From assembly GCA_963796685.1 (NCBI GenBank), contig CAWCMR010000025.1, positions 832,001-896,000 on the forward strand: 64,000 nucleotides of DNA. Reading direction: 5' to 3'. Shown in pieces: positions 9,447-19,906 of the stretch. The first letter of the stretch is position 1. Each line of letters begins with the position of its first letter. Source of the DNA: an uncultured delta proteobacterium (GTDB lineage Bacteria > Myxococcota_A > Polyangia > Fen-1088). Below the pieces are notes generated by a model that ran no database searches, was not told the origin of the DNA, and saw only the letters and a program-made list of their open reading frames with translations. A program made the position numbers and the translations under genes.

Positions 9447-10165
9447 GTCGTGACGACGTCGCTCGGCCCTGCACCCCTGCCGCAACCGTTCGTCCCGCAC
9501 AGTCCGCTGGTGCATTCCTCGTCAAAAGTACAATCCTGGCCGTCGGCTGTCTGGGCCACACACTTGCTGCCGTTGCAACCGGCCCCGGCCACGCACTCCG
9601 AGCGGCCGCCAGGGTTGGTGTCGCAAGCCTCGCCGATACTGGCTGGCGCCGAGCACACGTGCATGGCAGACGGACAAACATTGGGCACCCTGCACTCGGC
9701 GTGTTGCGAGCAGGATTGGCCGAGCTCGGACTGGCCCACCACGCAGTGCTGGGTGCTGTCGCAGTAGGCGGGATCTTCGCAGCCACCCGTGTCCGAGCCG
9801 CAAGACTCGCCGACCTTGGCTATCGGCAGGCAGACGATGTTGGTCAGACTGATGTCGGTGGCCGTGCAGCGCGTGCCCGGCCGGCACACGGGCGAGAAGT
9901 TGCCGGTGGTGGAGCAGTCCTCGCCTGCTTCGAGATCGGCCACGCACAGAGGCTGCTCGCTCTGATCCGTGCAGCGGCACTCGACCACCTTGCCGGCCAC
10001 GGCCTGGCAGTCATTGAAGGCCGTGCACACGCCGCCGAGTTGCACCGAGCCCGGTACCACGCCCGCTTTCTTGGCGGCGGAGTCGCAGGTCGTCAAAGTG
10101 ACCACGCCCACGGCAGCAGCCCCCAGGCATAGCAGGGGAACGATCTTGGCAAGGAGTGTGGTCAT
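9434..10165 (-). CDS. Secreted Cys-rich repeat protein (possible lipoprotein)
   Basis: Hydrophobic N-terminus ending LTTC; repeated G(E/Q)xC...C...C...C modules. Confidence 0.75.
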   Translation of the reverse strand: MTTLLAKIVPLLCLGAAAVGVVTLTTCDSAAKKAGVVPGSVQLGGVCTAFNDCQAVAGKVVECRCTDQSEQPLCVADLEAGEDCSTTGNFSPVCRPGTRCTATDISLTNIVCLPIAKVGESCGSDTGGCEDPAYCDSTQHCVVGQSELGQSCSQHAECRVPNVCPSAMHVCSAPASIGEACDTNPGGRSECVAGAGCNGSKCVAQTADGQDCTFDEECTSGLCGTNGCGRGAGPSDVVTTCGW

Positions 10166-10336
10166 GGTGCGGTCGCTGGTGATTCGCCTGTTAGACCACG
10201 GCCGCGCTGATTCTATTCACCCCCGGTCCCGGCTCACCCATGCGCCGGCTTCGCACAGGGCTCTTGCTGTGATCGCTGTCGCTTCAATTCGTCCCGGGGC
10301 AAGGGTACTCTTGCAGGCAAAGGATCGGAGCCGATC

Positions 10337-10939
10337 ATGAAAGAGCGCGATATCAGAGACCACATCAATGCCTTTCTCCGAACCAGGCTCCAGAGTTTGG
10401 TGGTGCCTGCTTCGATGGGGATCGGGCTTGCCCTGGGGGCATGTGACACCTCGGCGCTGACATCCAACCAGGATGGCTCCGGGGACGTTTCAGCCATCCA
10501 GCCCAGCTCCGGCGGTGCTGGTGGCGGCCTGACCGGGGCGGGCGGATCGCTCTATGGGCTCGGAGGATCCACGAACCCCGGCCATGGCGGGTCTGGGGGT
10601 GGCTCCGGTGGCTCCGCGGGTGCCGGCGGCTCCGCGGGTGCGGGTGGTGGCTCGGGGGGGGCTGGCGGTGGCGGTTTGACCGGGGTGGGCGGAATGGTGT
10701 ACGGAACCGGAGGATTCCCCTACTCTAGCTCGGGTGGTGCCGGTGGTGGCTTGGCCGGGGCGGACGGAACGGTGTATGGAATGCCGGGATTCAAAGACGC
10801 CGGCCCGTCAGGTAGCGGCGGCGCGATCGATTCCGGGGTCATTCCCGAAGCAGGCAAGGGCGATGCGGGGCACAAGGCAGACGCCCTGGTTTCGGAAGCC
10901 GGGGTTGCCTCGCCACCCGACGGTTCTATGAATGAGTAG
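10337..10939 (+). CDS. Gly-rich lipoprotein with three GGGL(T/A)G...(L/V)YG repeats; candidate radical SAM substrate
   Basis: Lipobox LALGAC; repeats GGGLTGAGGSLYG, GGGLTGVGGMVYG, GGGLAGADGTVYG; GGAG upstream of the start. Confidence 0.8.
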   Translation: MKERDIRDHINAFLRTRLQSLVVPASMGIGLALGACDTSALTSNQDGSGDVSAIQPSSGGAGGGLTGAGGSLYGLGGSTNPGHGGSGGGSGGSAGAGGSAGAGGGSGGAGGGGLTGVGGMVYGTGGFPYSSSGGAGGGLAGADGTVYGMPGFKDAGPSGSGGAIDSGVIPEAGKGDAGHKADALVSEAGVASPPDGSMNE

Positions 10940-11005
10940 ACCATGCTCGCCGCTCGAAGATGACTTTGGCAGGCCCGCGGCCGCGGCTCGTAATCGAGAA
11001 GAACC

Positions 11006-12148
11006 GTGATCGAAGTCTTGGCGCAGGTCGGATTCTTTCCCCACACTTGCGTGTGGGAGCTGACGCTGGCGTGCAACATGCGGTGCAAGCACTGCGGCTC
11101 CGTCGCCGGCAAGCGGCGTGCGGACGAGCTATCGCTCGACGAGTGTTTGCGCGTGGCTGGCGAATTGGTGGCGCTGGGATGCCAACGCATCACCCTGATC
11201 GGCGGCGAGCCAATCCTCTACCCGGGCTGGCACGAGGTGGCCAAGCGTCTGGTCGAGCTGGGAGCCCAGGTCAACATGATTTCGAACGGCCTGACCTGGT
11301 CGCCCAAACACCTCGAGCAGGCGAAGGCGGCTGGGCTGTGCGCGGTGGGCTTCAGCCTCGACGGTTTCGAGAAGGAGCACGACGCGTTCCGGGTGCCTGG
11401 CTCGTTCGCGCGGGTGGTGCGCGCCATCGACGATTGCGTGGCGGCCGGCATGCGCACGGCGGTGAACACGACCATCAACCGGCTCAATCAAGGTCTCCTC
11501 GCGGAGATGCGCACCTTCTTGATGGAGCACGGGGTTTTCGCCTGGCAACCGCAGCTGGCCACCGCCGCGGGGAACATGGGAGAGCACCGCGAGCTGCTCG
11601 TGCGTCCGGAAGATCTGTTGTGGCTGGTGCCAAAAATCGCGGAGCTGTGCCTGATCGACTGCCCGGAATTCGAGATCTGCGTCGGCCACAACATCGGCTA
11701 CTTCGGCAATCCCGAATCGGCCCTGCGCGCCGCGGATGTCGCCCTACCCTTTTGGCTCGGGTGCCGAGCCGGTTGCCAAGTGATCGGGATCGAGAGTGGC
11801 GGAGATGTGAAGGGCTGCCTCTCCTTGCCTTCGTCGGTGCACGGCGAACGTCGCTTCGTCGAGGGCAACGTGCGGGAGATGGGTCTAAGCGACCTTTGGA
11901 ATCGCGCGGACGCTTTCGCGTACAACCGGTGCTTCCAAGAACGGCAGCTGTGCGGCTTCTGCCGCGTTTGCCGCTTTCGCGACGTGTGTCGCGGCGGCTG
12001 CAGTTGGGCTTCCTATGCCCAGGGCGGCCGCGGCAACGAGCAGTGCTTCTATCACCAGGCGGTCAAGCACGGGCGCCTCGATCTGCTCGCCGAAGCGCCG
12101 ACCGCGGAAGAAAAGAGTTACTTCGAGGGCGGCGTCCCGGTGCGCTGA
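11006..12148 (+). CDS. Radical SAM/SPASM maturase, PlpX-like (TIGR03913-type) candidate splicease
   Basis: VWELTLACNMRCKHCGS.AG..R..ELS, TLIGGE, W.GC.AG...GIE..GD.KGC.SLP, GFCRVCRFRDVCRGGC.W. Confidence 0.85.
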   Translation: MIEVLAQVGFFPHTCVWELTLACNMRCKHCGSVAGKRRADELSLDECLRVAGELVALGCQRITLIGGEPILYPGWHEVAKRLVELGAQVNMISNGLTWSPKHLEQAKAAGLCAVGFSLDGFEKEHDAFRVPGSFARVVRAIDDCVAAGMRTAVNTTINRLNQGLLAEMRTFLMEHGVFAWQPQLATAAGNMGEHRELLVRPEDLLWLVPKIAELCLIDCPEFEICVGHNIGYFGNPESALRAADVALPFWLGCRAGCQVIGIESGGDVKGCLSLPSSVHGERRFVEGNVREMGLSDLWNRADAFAYNRCFQERQLCGFCRVCRFRDVCRGGCSWASYAQGGRGNEQCFYHQAVKHGRLDLLAEAPTAEEKSYFEGGVPVR

Positions 12149-12155
12149 GCTTCGG

Positions 12156-15084
12156 TTACCGCCGCACGAACAGCTTCAACTTCCCGATGCCGACGCCCGG
12201 GAGGTAGTGGGCAAGCAGAAACTGGTGCAGCTCGGGAAAGCCGGTCAACGACTGGGCACTGTCCAATCTGTCTCCGGTCACGAAGGGGAAGACGTCATTC
12301 TCCTCGACCACGACGACCGAAGGCGGGTGGCTGGTCAAGTCCGCCATCAAGCGCGGGCGATACCGGCCGCCCCATGCAACCCGTTGTGGGACGTCGTAGA
12401 TGTAGGGCGTCGAGGATGCCCGTCCGGCCAAGTCGTAGATGACGGGTTCGAACCCCCAGACGTAGATCGGCTGGTCGGGAGGTGTATTGCGCACAATCCA
12501 GCTCGCGATCCTGCGGTTGTCGCCCGCGCTCACGTTTGACGCCGAATGAAGACGGTCCATCAGGTCTTGGCGCCGCTCGGCGTTTGCGAAGACGGACTGT
12601 GAACGTACGCGGTTGCGCGCCCAAAACGAGGCGCGATACGGCGGAAGAATCCTTTCGTCCTTGAGCAACAAGAGAACGCCGACCAGCGCGAGCACCGGCA
12701 GAAGGTGCGTCCGCAGGCGTGTCCACAACTTCCACAATCCCCACCCGGCGGGCAACCCGAGCAAGAGAACGATGGCTGCGTAGTGATACGGGAAGAACTT
12801 GGCTTGGAGTGCGACACCGATGATGGGAAAGAAGGCGACGGCAAGGACATGCAGAAGACCCAGGCGCTCGCGCGCGGCCAAGATGGGCAGGGAGAGCGCG
12901 AACAGAATACCGAAGGCATCGTGGCGGGAAAACCCGAACAGCGACTCGGTCCACGCGCGCGTGAAGAGCGCGAGGGCATCGTGTTTCCGATATCCCAGCT
13001 TGGTGTAGCTGGGCACGAACCGGAACAGCGTGTCGACCATCGCGGGCATGGCTCCCTTCGCGGCGATGTAGGACCCGACACATGCCAGCGGAAGCGCTGC
13101 CCCGAGGGCGATGAAGAAGAGCGGCCCCGCGCTGGCTCGCAGTCGGGCGAGGCGCCCGCTCGATCCGGCTGCGCGCGCATGGCCGAGCAAGAACGGGGTC
13201 AGCACCACGGCCCCGGCCAGTCTGCGGCTTGAGCACCCCAGCCATCCCGTAGCCCACGCCTACCAGCAGCCAGAGCGCCTTCTGCGCGGCCCCACCACGG
13301 TTCGGCAAGGTGGCGCGCTCGCTGGAACATAAGACCAGCGCCCAGATCAGGAAGAGGCCCGCAAAGCCTTCGGGCTGTGCCGTGCTCCAGAATTCGAGCT
13401 GGACGTAGGCCATGACCGACAGGGCAACGGCGGGCAAGGCCGGGCGCCACGAACCGACCCAACGTTTGCAAAGCACGAGGAACGCGGGAAAAAGGGATAG
13501 AAGCCCGATCGCCTCCACGATACGAATGCCGACCATGCCTCGGCCGAACAGAAGGCGAGCGACGGCGTAGACGAAGAAGATCCCCGGTGGCTTGAAATCC
13601 CAAGCGTCTCGGTAGGGCGCTCCACCCTCGAGCATGGTTCGCGCCACGACGGCGTAGATTCCCTGATCGCGGCCATACTGAAAGAGCAAAAGGTGAGCGA
13701 CGAGATAGAGGGATAGCAAGACGCAGGCGACCAGCCCCGCCGCCTCCACCCGCGCTGCGACAGCGTGCGGGAGCGGGATCAACCATCGGCCAAGCCGCCG
13801 CACGCGCTCGGCAAAGACTCTCATGGATGCTTCACCCGCCAGCATGACCACCCAGACCACGCTCAGCAACGCGGCACCCGCGAACACGTAGGAGGCAGTC
13901 AGAAGCGCCGCTGCATGCCGCAAGCCGCGGACCTCGAAATAGCTGGCCATGAGAACGGCCGAAAGGGCAAGGGTGCGCGCGACCGTGCTCCCTGTTTCCC
14001 CGATGGTGGGCGGCAGGTCCGCGAGTCGCTGGCAAAGCAACGCCAGGCAAAGGATCGCGGGGGCGAACTGGTGCTCCCACGCGATGGGCGCCGCCAGGGT
14101 CGCGGCCAGCCAGGCCAGACCCATGACATCCGCGCGCAGGCTCGCGTCGCGAGGCAAGGCCCGAATGCGGAGCGCAAGGTAGAGGAGACTCAGGCCGCCG
14201 AGGCAGAGCGAAACCATACGCGCGGCGCTGCTCAACGGCGCGACCACGAGATGGGCCGCCAATTCCGGGTGAAGCAAACGGGCCACCACCCCATTCCACG
14301 ATTGGTTCGAGTAGTAGGCGTAGCCGGACGAGAGCGCCGGTAACACCCGAGTCAGGTAGTCCACGTTCGCGGACCAGCCTGCGTAGGCGACCGACACCAG
14401 GGCAAGCCCGAGACCCGACAGCAAGGTGCTGACCAGCGTTCGGCGCGCGTGCCAATAGAGCAGCGGCACCATGAGCACCAGGGTGGGATGGAGCGCGACC
14501 GCCAAGGCCACGGCGACCCCGGCGACGACCTCCTTTCCCCTTTGCATGGCCACCAGGCTGGCGCCGAGCAGGACGGTGATGAGCATCGTGGTCTGGTTGT
14601 GCTCGAGGGCGCGCATGAGCGGCTGCCAGAGCAGCAACGCGAGCGCGAGGACGCCAGCGCGCCAAGCCGATGCCATGGTCGAGGCGCGGGTGGGCCGCAC
14701 CAGCAGCGCCAGCAGGACAAAGATCGCCGCGAACAGACAGCGATTGGCCATGAACAGCCAAGCAACGGCGTCATAAGGTGAGAGCCCGGCGAGCGGCCGG
14801 TAGAGCAAGGCGGAAAGCGGCGCGGAGGTGAAGGACGCCCCCTCGGCGGGGATCGTCGCGTACATCGGCTGCCCCCGGGAAGCACGCAGGGCGGCCTCGG
14901 CAGCGGGCCACACGTCGCTGATGTCCGTGCCTTCGATCCGCCAAAGGCTGGTCACGGCGTCCCATCCCGCGTTGCTTTCACTGCTGACGCGGGTCTGGAT
15001 GAATCCCAACAGAACGCCCAGCAGACCGAGCAGAAGCGCTTGGCGCGCGAAGGTACGCTGACCCAACCAAGAGAGCTTCATCAT
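12156..15084 (-). CDS. Polytopic GT-C glycosyltransferase (GT87-like N-half, ArnT/PMT-like C-half), apparent frameshift at ~13221
   Basis: Many TM segments; NQSWNG and PIAWEH (GT87-like), then RDQGIY...PYRDAWDFKPPG. Continues in ORF 12156..13208 (KFFPYHY, IYVWGFEP) after removing one base. Confidence 0.75.
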
Positions 15085-16850
15085 CGACGCCTGAGCCGTG
15101 AGAGCGCCCGCCTGAACTGTCCGAGATCGATGGCCGAGTCCGGTCTCACCCACATCCCGGCAAGGGTGGGCTCGTACCCGAGGCTGCTCAGCTCCGAGCG
15201 CCCCGCTACGCCCTGGTCCACGGTGAGGAACCACGGCGTCTGGACCAGGTCCGGTCTGAGCCTGCCCACGCTGTACGCGTAGTCCCACTTCGTGTGCCCA
15301 GGATAAAAGGGTAGGTGCGACGGGAGATGCGCGATCACCGGGTCGTTCTTGCCGAGCAAGTCGACCGACTGCGCGCGCGAAAAATAGGGGATCGCTCCGG
15401 CCGCGACGACGGCCACCGAGGCGTGCGGAGCGAGCGCTTCCCTCAGCGCCAGTCCCGTGCGCGTCAGCGTCGCATCCTCGCCGACGCCAGGGGCGTTCTC
15501 GGACAGCCACCCCGAGACAGGCGTGCCGTCGAGGGCAACCAGCAAACCAAGCGACAAGAGGACAGGGAGCAGTCCACCGCGCAGATGTCCCGTCTCCGGG
15601 AACCGCCTGAACAGATAGGAGCCCAACAGCCAAAGAGCGATGATTTCCACCGCACCGAGCGGCACCGGCGCTTGTACCAGACCGGCGTGCGGGGCGCCGC
15701 CGACAGGCTCGACCTTGACGACCGTCGCCAGGCCGACGGCAGCGGCGCAGGCGAGCAGGCTTGCCACCGCGGCGCTCGCGCCGATCGTCCACCGCGCGAT
15801 GTTGACCAGGCCAGCGGACGCGAGAATCAAGAGCAGCGGAACCATCGGGGTGATGTACCGGTTGCTGTAGAGCATCCACTCCCACGCATCCCCGCCGACG
15901 AACACCGAGTACATCGCCGCGGTCGCCACGAGGAGCGCCAACAACAGCGGCTCGCGCGCCGGCCCCCGACGCGGCAGAAACACGAACGCGGCGGCGACCG
16001 TGGGCGCGAGCAGGTGAGCGAGCTCCAATTCCGCAAGGGCTTTCAGCCCGCGGCCGAGGCGCGCCCCCGGCGCGATCCCCGTCATCTTGAGGTAGTAGGT
16101 GTTCGGGAGCAGCGCGTGGTAGTAGCCTTCGCGAAAGACGGCCAGGGCAACGAGAGGAATCGCGATCGCCGCAGCCACGGGAAGGCCGACGCGGCGCCAT
16201 TCCGCGCGTGGCAGAGCAGCCGCCAGCCAAAGCGCGATCACCACCACCGGCAGGGTCGCATCATCGCGGGTGAGCTCCGCGGCGGCGAACAGCACACACA
16301 GGACGGCGATGTCGCGCGGCCGGCGATGTCGCCGGATCTCGAGCGCCGCGAGGGTCGCGGACGAGACCAGGAAGGTCAGCACTCCGACCTCCATCCCCCG
16401 CAGCGTCCAGAAGACGAGCGGGTAGTAGAGCGCTGTCAACGACATCGCCAGAAGCATTGAAAGACGGCTTCCTGTCAGCAACCGCGCCAGCTTGCCCACG
16501 ACAAGAACGTTCGCGAGCAACAGCACGGCGCCGGTGCTCATCACGGCGAGCGAAATCGTCGGCTCGGGCAGACGGAGAAGATGGAGCACCGTCATCCACA
16601 ACGTCCACAAGAGGTTGGAATACCCCTCCACCGGCGCCCCATGGGGGTTCCACATCAGGCCGAGACCCTCGGCAAGGTTGCGTGCGTAGCGCATGGAGAT
16701 CATCGCGTCGTCGAACAACGAGAAGTACGTCCGGCCATCCACCTCGAACGCCGATCGCGCGATGAAGACCACCGACACGGCGGCGCTCGCCAGGAGGACC
16801 AGCGCGGTCGCCAAGTTGACGCCGCGAGAACGAGTCGACTCCTCGGACAT
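15081..16850 (-). CDS. GT-C membrane glycosyltransferase (arabinofuranosyltransferase-like)
   Basis: FDDAMISMRYARNL..G.GL.WN...VEGYSN.LW, GME, LPNTYY.K, GGD.W...RY, AAGAIPYFS..DLLGKND, GH.KWD. Confidence 0.8.
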   Translation of the reverse strand: MSEESTRSRGVNLATALVLLASAAVSVVFIARSAFEVDGRTYFSLFDDAMISMRYARNLAEGLGLMWNPHGAPVEGYSNLLWTLWMTVLHLLRLPEPTISLAVMSTGAVLLLANVLVVGKLARLLTGSRLSMLLAMSLTALYYPLVFWTLRGMEVGVLTFLVSSATLAALEIRRHRRPRDIAVLCVLFAAAELTRDDATLPVVVIALWLAAALPRAEWRRVGLPVAAAIAIPLVALAVFREGYYHALLPNTYYLKMTGIAPGARLGRGLKALAELELAHLLAPTVAAAFVFLPRRGPAREPLLLALLVATAAMYSVFVGGDAWEWMLYSNRYITPMVPLLLILASAGLVNIARWTIGASAAVASLLACAAAVGLATVVKVEPVGGAPHAGLVQAPVPLGAVEIIALWLLGSYLFRRFPETGHLRGGLLPVLLSLGLLVALDGTPVSGWLSENAPGVGEDATLTRTGLALREALAPHASVAVVAAGAIPYFSRAQSVDLLGKNDPVIAHLPSHLPFYPGHTKWDYAYSVGRLRPDLVQTPWFLTVDQGVAGRSELSSLGYEPTLAGMWVRPDSAIDLGQFRRALSRLRRR

Positions 16851-16895
16851 TGAATGGCCTGGTCCCTTGCCTGGATCCATCCGATGGTACCCAGG

Positions 16896-17282
16896 CTAGC
16901 GCGCGGGAAGCGGACGCGGTGGCGGCGGGGGCGGCGGCAGTGGCGGCGGAGGTGGCGGCGGGGGCGGGGGCGGCGGGGGCGGGGGTGGCGGCGGCGGCGG
17001 CGGCGGCAAGCGAGGCGGGGGGATCGGCATGCCGGCGTTGGACGTTGGTCGGAATAGCTGCGGCGGTCGCCCGTTTTCCGTCCGAGGCTGCACGCTCGCC
17101 TCCGACTTCGGGGCGCGCGTAACCGACGGCCACAGCCACAGGACAATGCCCACGATCGCCAGGCCCAGGGACAACCCGGCGACCTTGCCCGCCGCGGGCC
17201 ATCGCATGAACAGCCTGGAAACGGCGGCAACGGTCAACCCGAGACCACCGAGCACGACGAGCATGATGCCGGGGGATTGCAT
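16896..17282 (-). CDS. Small membrane protein with C-terminal polyproline tract
   Basis: Two hydrophobic segments, then a long Pro run encoded by mixed CCN codons (16913-17022). Confidence 0.55.
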   Translation of the reverse strand: MQSPGIMLVVLGGLGLTVAAVSRLFMRWPAAGKVAGLSLGLAIVGIVLWLWPSVTRAPKSEASVQPRTENGRPPQLFRPTSNAGMPIPPPRLPPPPPPPPPPPPPPPPPPPPPPLPPPPPPPRPLPAR

Positions 17283-17472
17283 GGCCGTGAATAGTAACCC
17301 AAACGCGAACCCCTTGCCGGACCGCCCCGAGGAAACGCGTGGGTTAGCGGCAAGTATCCTGGGCGTATCCCTGCCACGAAGGGCGGGCAAATTGTGCAGC
17401 CGCCAAGGCCCGTTCGTCTCATGAGTCGTTGCTGGCCTTGCGCCACGCGGACAGACTTGGATCGGTTCGGCG

Positions 17473-18231
17473 ATGAGCAACAGCAACCCAGAGGCCTTCG
17501 AGATCGAGATAGCGGCGTTGAGCGATGCCGGCACCGAACGGGGCCACAACGAAGACCACTGTGGCAAGTACATCAAGAGCAAGAGCAGCGGCTTGGTCGC
17601 GGTGGCGGACGGCATGGCCACCCTCGAAGGTGGAGACCTCGCCAGCCAACGGGCCATCCTGGCGCTCATGCGCTCGTTCCGCGAGCTTGCCCCGGGCATG
17701 ACCCAGGCGCAGCGACTGGTGCGCGCGGCCCGCAACGCCAACTACGAAGTCTACGACATGGCCTTGGTCGTTCCCCAGTTGCGCGGCATGAGCACGACCC
17801 TGACCGCGGTGGCGGTCAACGAAGGCGACCTGACCGCCGCGCACGTGGGCAACAGCCGCATGTATTTGATCCGCGATGGCTACATCAACCAATTGAGCAA
17901 GGACCACACCGTCGGCGCCGAGGCAGCGGCGGCGGAAGGCCACTATGCGCTCAAGGACAGCCACGTGCTCACGCGAACCCTGGGGCGCGAGCTGATCCTC
18001 CCCATCGATTTGTTCGAGCTCGATCTCGTGCAGGGCGACGTGGTGCTCCTTTGCACCGACGGCCTATACCGCGTGTTCGAGGATCTGGAGATTGCGGAGC
18101 TCGTCAAGGGCCTCGATGCCGCCACCGCGTGCCGCAAGCTCATCGACGAGGCCAACGTCGTCGGCACCATCGACAACGTCACCGTCGCGGTCGTGCGCGT
18201 GATCGGCGAAACGCCCGGAACCCGACGCTGA
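17473..18231 (+). CDS. PP2C-family Ser/Thr phosphatase
   Basis: SD.G..R.HNED, VADGM, TTL, AHVG.SR.Y, QLSKDHT, LTR.LG, LLCTDGL, DNVT. Confidence 0.9.
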   Translation: MSNSNPEAFEIEIAALSDAGTERGHNEDHCGKYIKSKSSGLVAVADGMATLEGGDLASQRAILALMRSFRELAPGMTQAQRLVRAARNANYEVYDMALVVPQLRGMSTTLTAVAVNEGDLTAAHVGNSRMYLIRDGYINQLSKDHTVGAEAAAAEGHYALKDSHVLTRTLGRELILPIDLFELDLVQGDVVLLCTDGLYRVFEDLEIAELVKGLDAATACRKLIDEANVVGTIDNVTVAVVRVIGETPGTRR

Positions 18232-18243
18232 CCTGAAACGTGT

Positions 18244-18429
18244 TCAGTGTTTGAACGCACTCCAGATGCCAAGGGCGCCACAGACAACCATTCCGATTAT
18301 GAGAATCCCGCGCGCGCTTTTCATCAGGTGGGTGCCCGCCACCGGTTTGCCTCCCTTCGGCGTCCGGTGACTGAGAACCACGGCGACCACGAAGAAGACC
18401 GTTAGACCAAGCCAAACGAGCGAGCTCAT
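18244..18429 (-). CDS. Small two-TM hypothetical protein
   Basis: 61 aa with two hydrophobic helices around PKGGKPVAGTHLM. Confidence 0.65.
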   Translation of the reverse strand: MSSLVWLGLTVFFVVAVVLSHRTPKGGKPVAGTHLMKSARGILIIGMVVCGALGIWSAFKH

Positions 18430-18564
18430 GCAGAAAGCCTAGGGCTCTTCGCCGACAAGGCGACCTTTTCTTGCCTAAGTCCCCAGGACTTTCAGGTCCG
18501 CACGGAGTTCTTGCCGCTCCTACCGAGCCCGCCGCGATAGAATCAGCCTGCAAACCGGCCACTC

Positions 18565-19473
18565 ATGAAGATCGTCAACCCTCGCATCGTCCACGTCCTC
18601 AAGAACCCGGTCGCCTTCGCGCTCCAGGTCCTGAAGGCCTTCCAAGCGAACCAGGGCCTGCTTCTCGCCGGCGCGGTCGCTTACTACGCGCTGCTCTCCA
18701 TCGTGCCGCTGCTCATCCTGATGGTGATCGCGCTATCGCAGGTGATCGACCAGGACGTGCTCTTGGCGACGTTGCGCCAGGCGCTGGAATACGTGGTGCC
18801 GGGCGAGGGCAAGGCGGTGGTGGCGGAGTTGCGGACGTTCCTCGCTCACCGCGAGGTAATCGGCTGGGTACTGCTCATCACGATGCTGTTCTTCAGCTCG
18901 CTCGGCTTCAAGGTGCTGGAGAGTGCAATCTCGGTAATCTTCCTGCACCGCGTGACCAAGCGCAAGCGGCACTTCCTCGTATCCCTGCTGCTGCTGCCCT
19001 TTGGCTACATCTTCTTCATCGGCGCAGCGCTGTTCGTGGGCACGTTCGTGCTCGCCGACCTGGTGACGATAGGCGGCGCGAATCTTGCCATTCTGGGGCA
19101 TAGCTGGTCGCTGAGCGGCTTCTCGCGCTTGCTCATCTACGTCGCCGGCGTGACCGTGGAGATTCTGCTCATCTCGGCGATCTACTACTTCATGCCGGTA
19201 GGCAGGCTGTCGGCGCAGCACGCGCTGATCGGCGGCGCCACGGCGGGTCTGCTCTGGGAATTCATCCGCCGTGGGTTGCGCTGGTATTTCGGCACGCTGT
19301 CGCAAGTGAGCGTGGTGTATGGCTCGCTCACCACGGGCATCGTCCTGCTGCTTAGCCTAGAAATGGCCGCCACGCTGCTGTTGCTGGGCGCGCAGGTGAT
19401 TGCGGAATACGAAAGGATCGAGACCGGCGAAGCGGAGAAGCCGCGGGGGCCGATGTCGGCCGATGGCCTCTGA
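18565..19473 (+). CDS. YihY/BrkB family inner membrane protein
   Basis: LAGAVAYYALLSIVPLL; VYGSL...LLL...LLLGA. Confidence 0.92.
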   Translation: MKIVNPRIVHVLKNPVAFALQVLKAFQANQGLLLAGAVAYYALLSIVPLLILMVIALSQVIDQDVLLATLRQALEYVVPGEGKAVVAELRTFLAHREVIGWVLLITMLFFSSLGFKVLESAISVIFLHRVTKRKRHFLVSLLLLPFGYIFFIGAALFVGTFVLADLVTIGGANLAILGHSWSLSGFSRLLIYVAGVTVEILLISAIYYFMPVGRLSAQHALIGGATAGLLWEFIRRGLRWYFGTLSQVSVVYGSLTTGIVLLLSLEMAATLLLLGAQVIAEYERIETGEAEKPRGPMSADGL

Positions 19474-19819
19474 ATCAGACGACCCTGGACATCCATTGTC
19501 TCCAGGCATTCCAGACCGTGATGTGCGACGACTACTGGAGTTGGAGCTTCTGGGCGGTGAGCACCCCGGCCATAGACGCGCCGATCGATGCCGCCAGCGA
19601 CTGGTAGCACCTTTCCGCCTTGGCCATTCCTTCTCTTTCTCGCCCCCCAACCAGACCGCCGGATCTAGCCAGCGTTTGGAGGGTTTGACCGACGGTCCGC
19701 CGGGGCGGTCACGGTCGACCATCGCCGGGATACCGCGACGTCAAGCGCCGGGGCCCGTCCGGGCCACACCCGCCGGGCGTCGACCTCGCGACCGCTGCCA
19801 TTAGGGGCCTGGAAAAAAT

Positions 19820-19846
19820 TGTCTGGAGGCGAACGCCTCGAACGTT
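19820..19846 (+). promoter_or_regulatory. Possible ECF42-type promoter
   Basis: TGTCTG-N17-CGTT upstream of the SRPBCC/YciI/ECF operon; resembles the TGTCG.../CG(A/T) motif of this sigma group. Confidence 0.3.
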
Positions 19847-19906
19847 TAGGTGGCAAGGAGGCAGCGGAGACCCTCAACCAAGCCGCTCCTCCAAGGAGGA
19901 AGATCC

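Noticed and set aside
18233-18248. Myxococcus-type LexA box (CTGAAACGTGTTCAG)
   Set aside because: The spacing is one base short of the consensus as I recall it, and it lies between convergent gene ends.
19533-19628. Short minus-strand ORF with an IGASMAG motif (FAD-binding remnant?)
   Set aside because: Only about 31 codons; the similarity is too weak to support.
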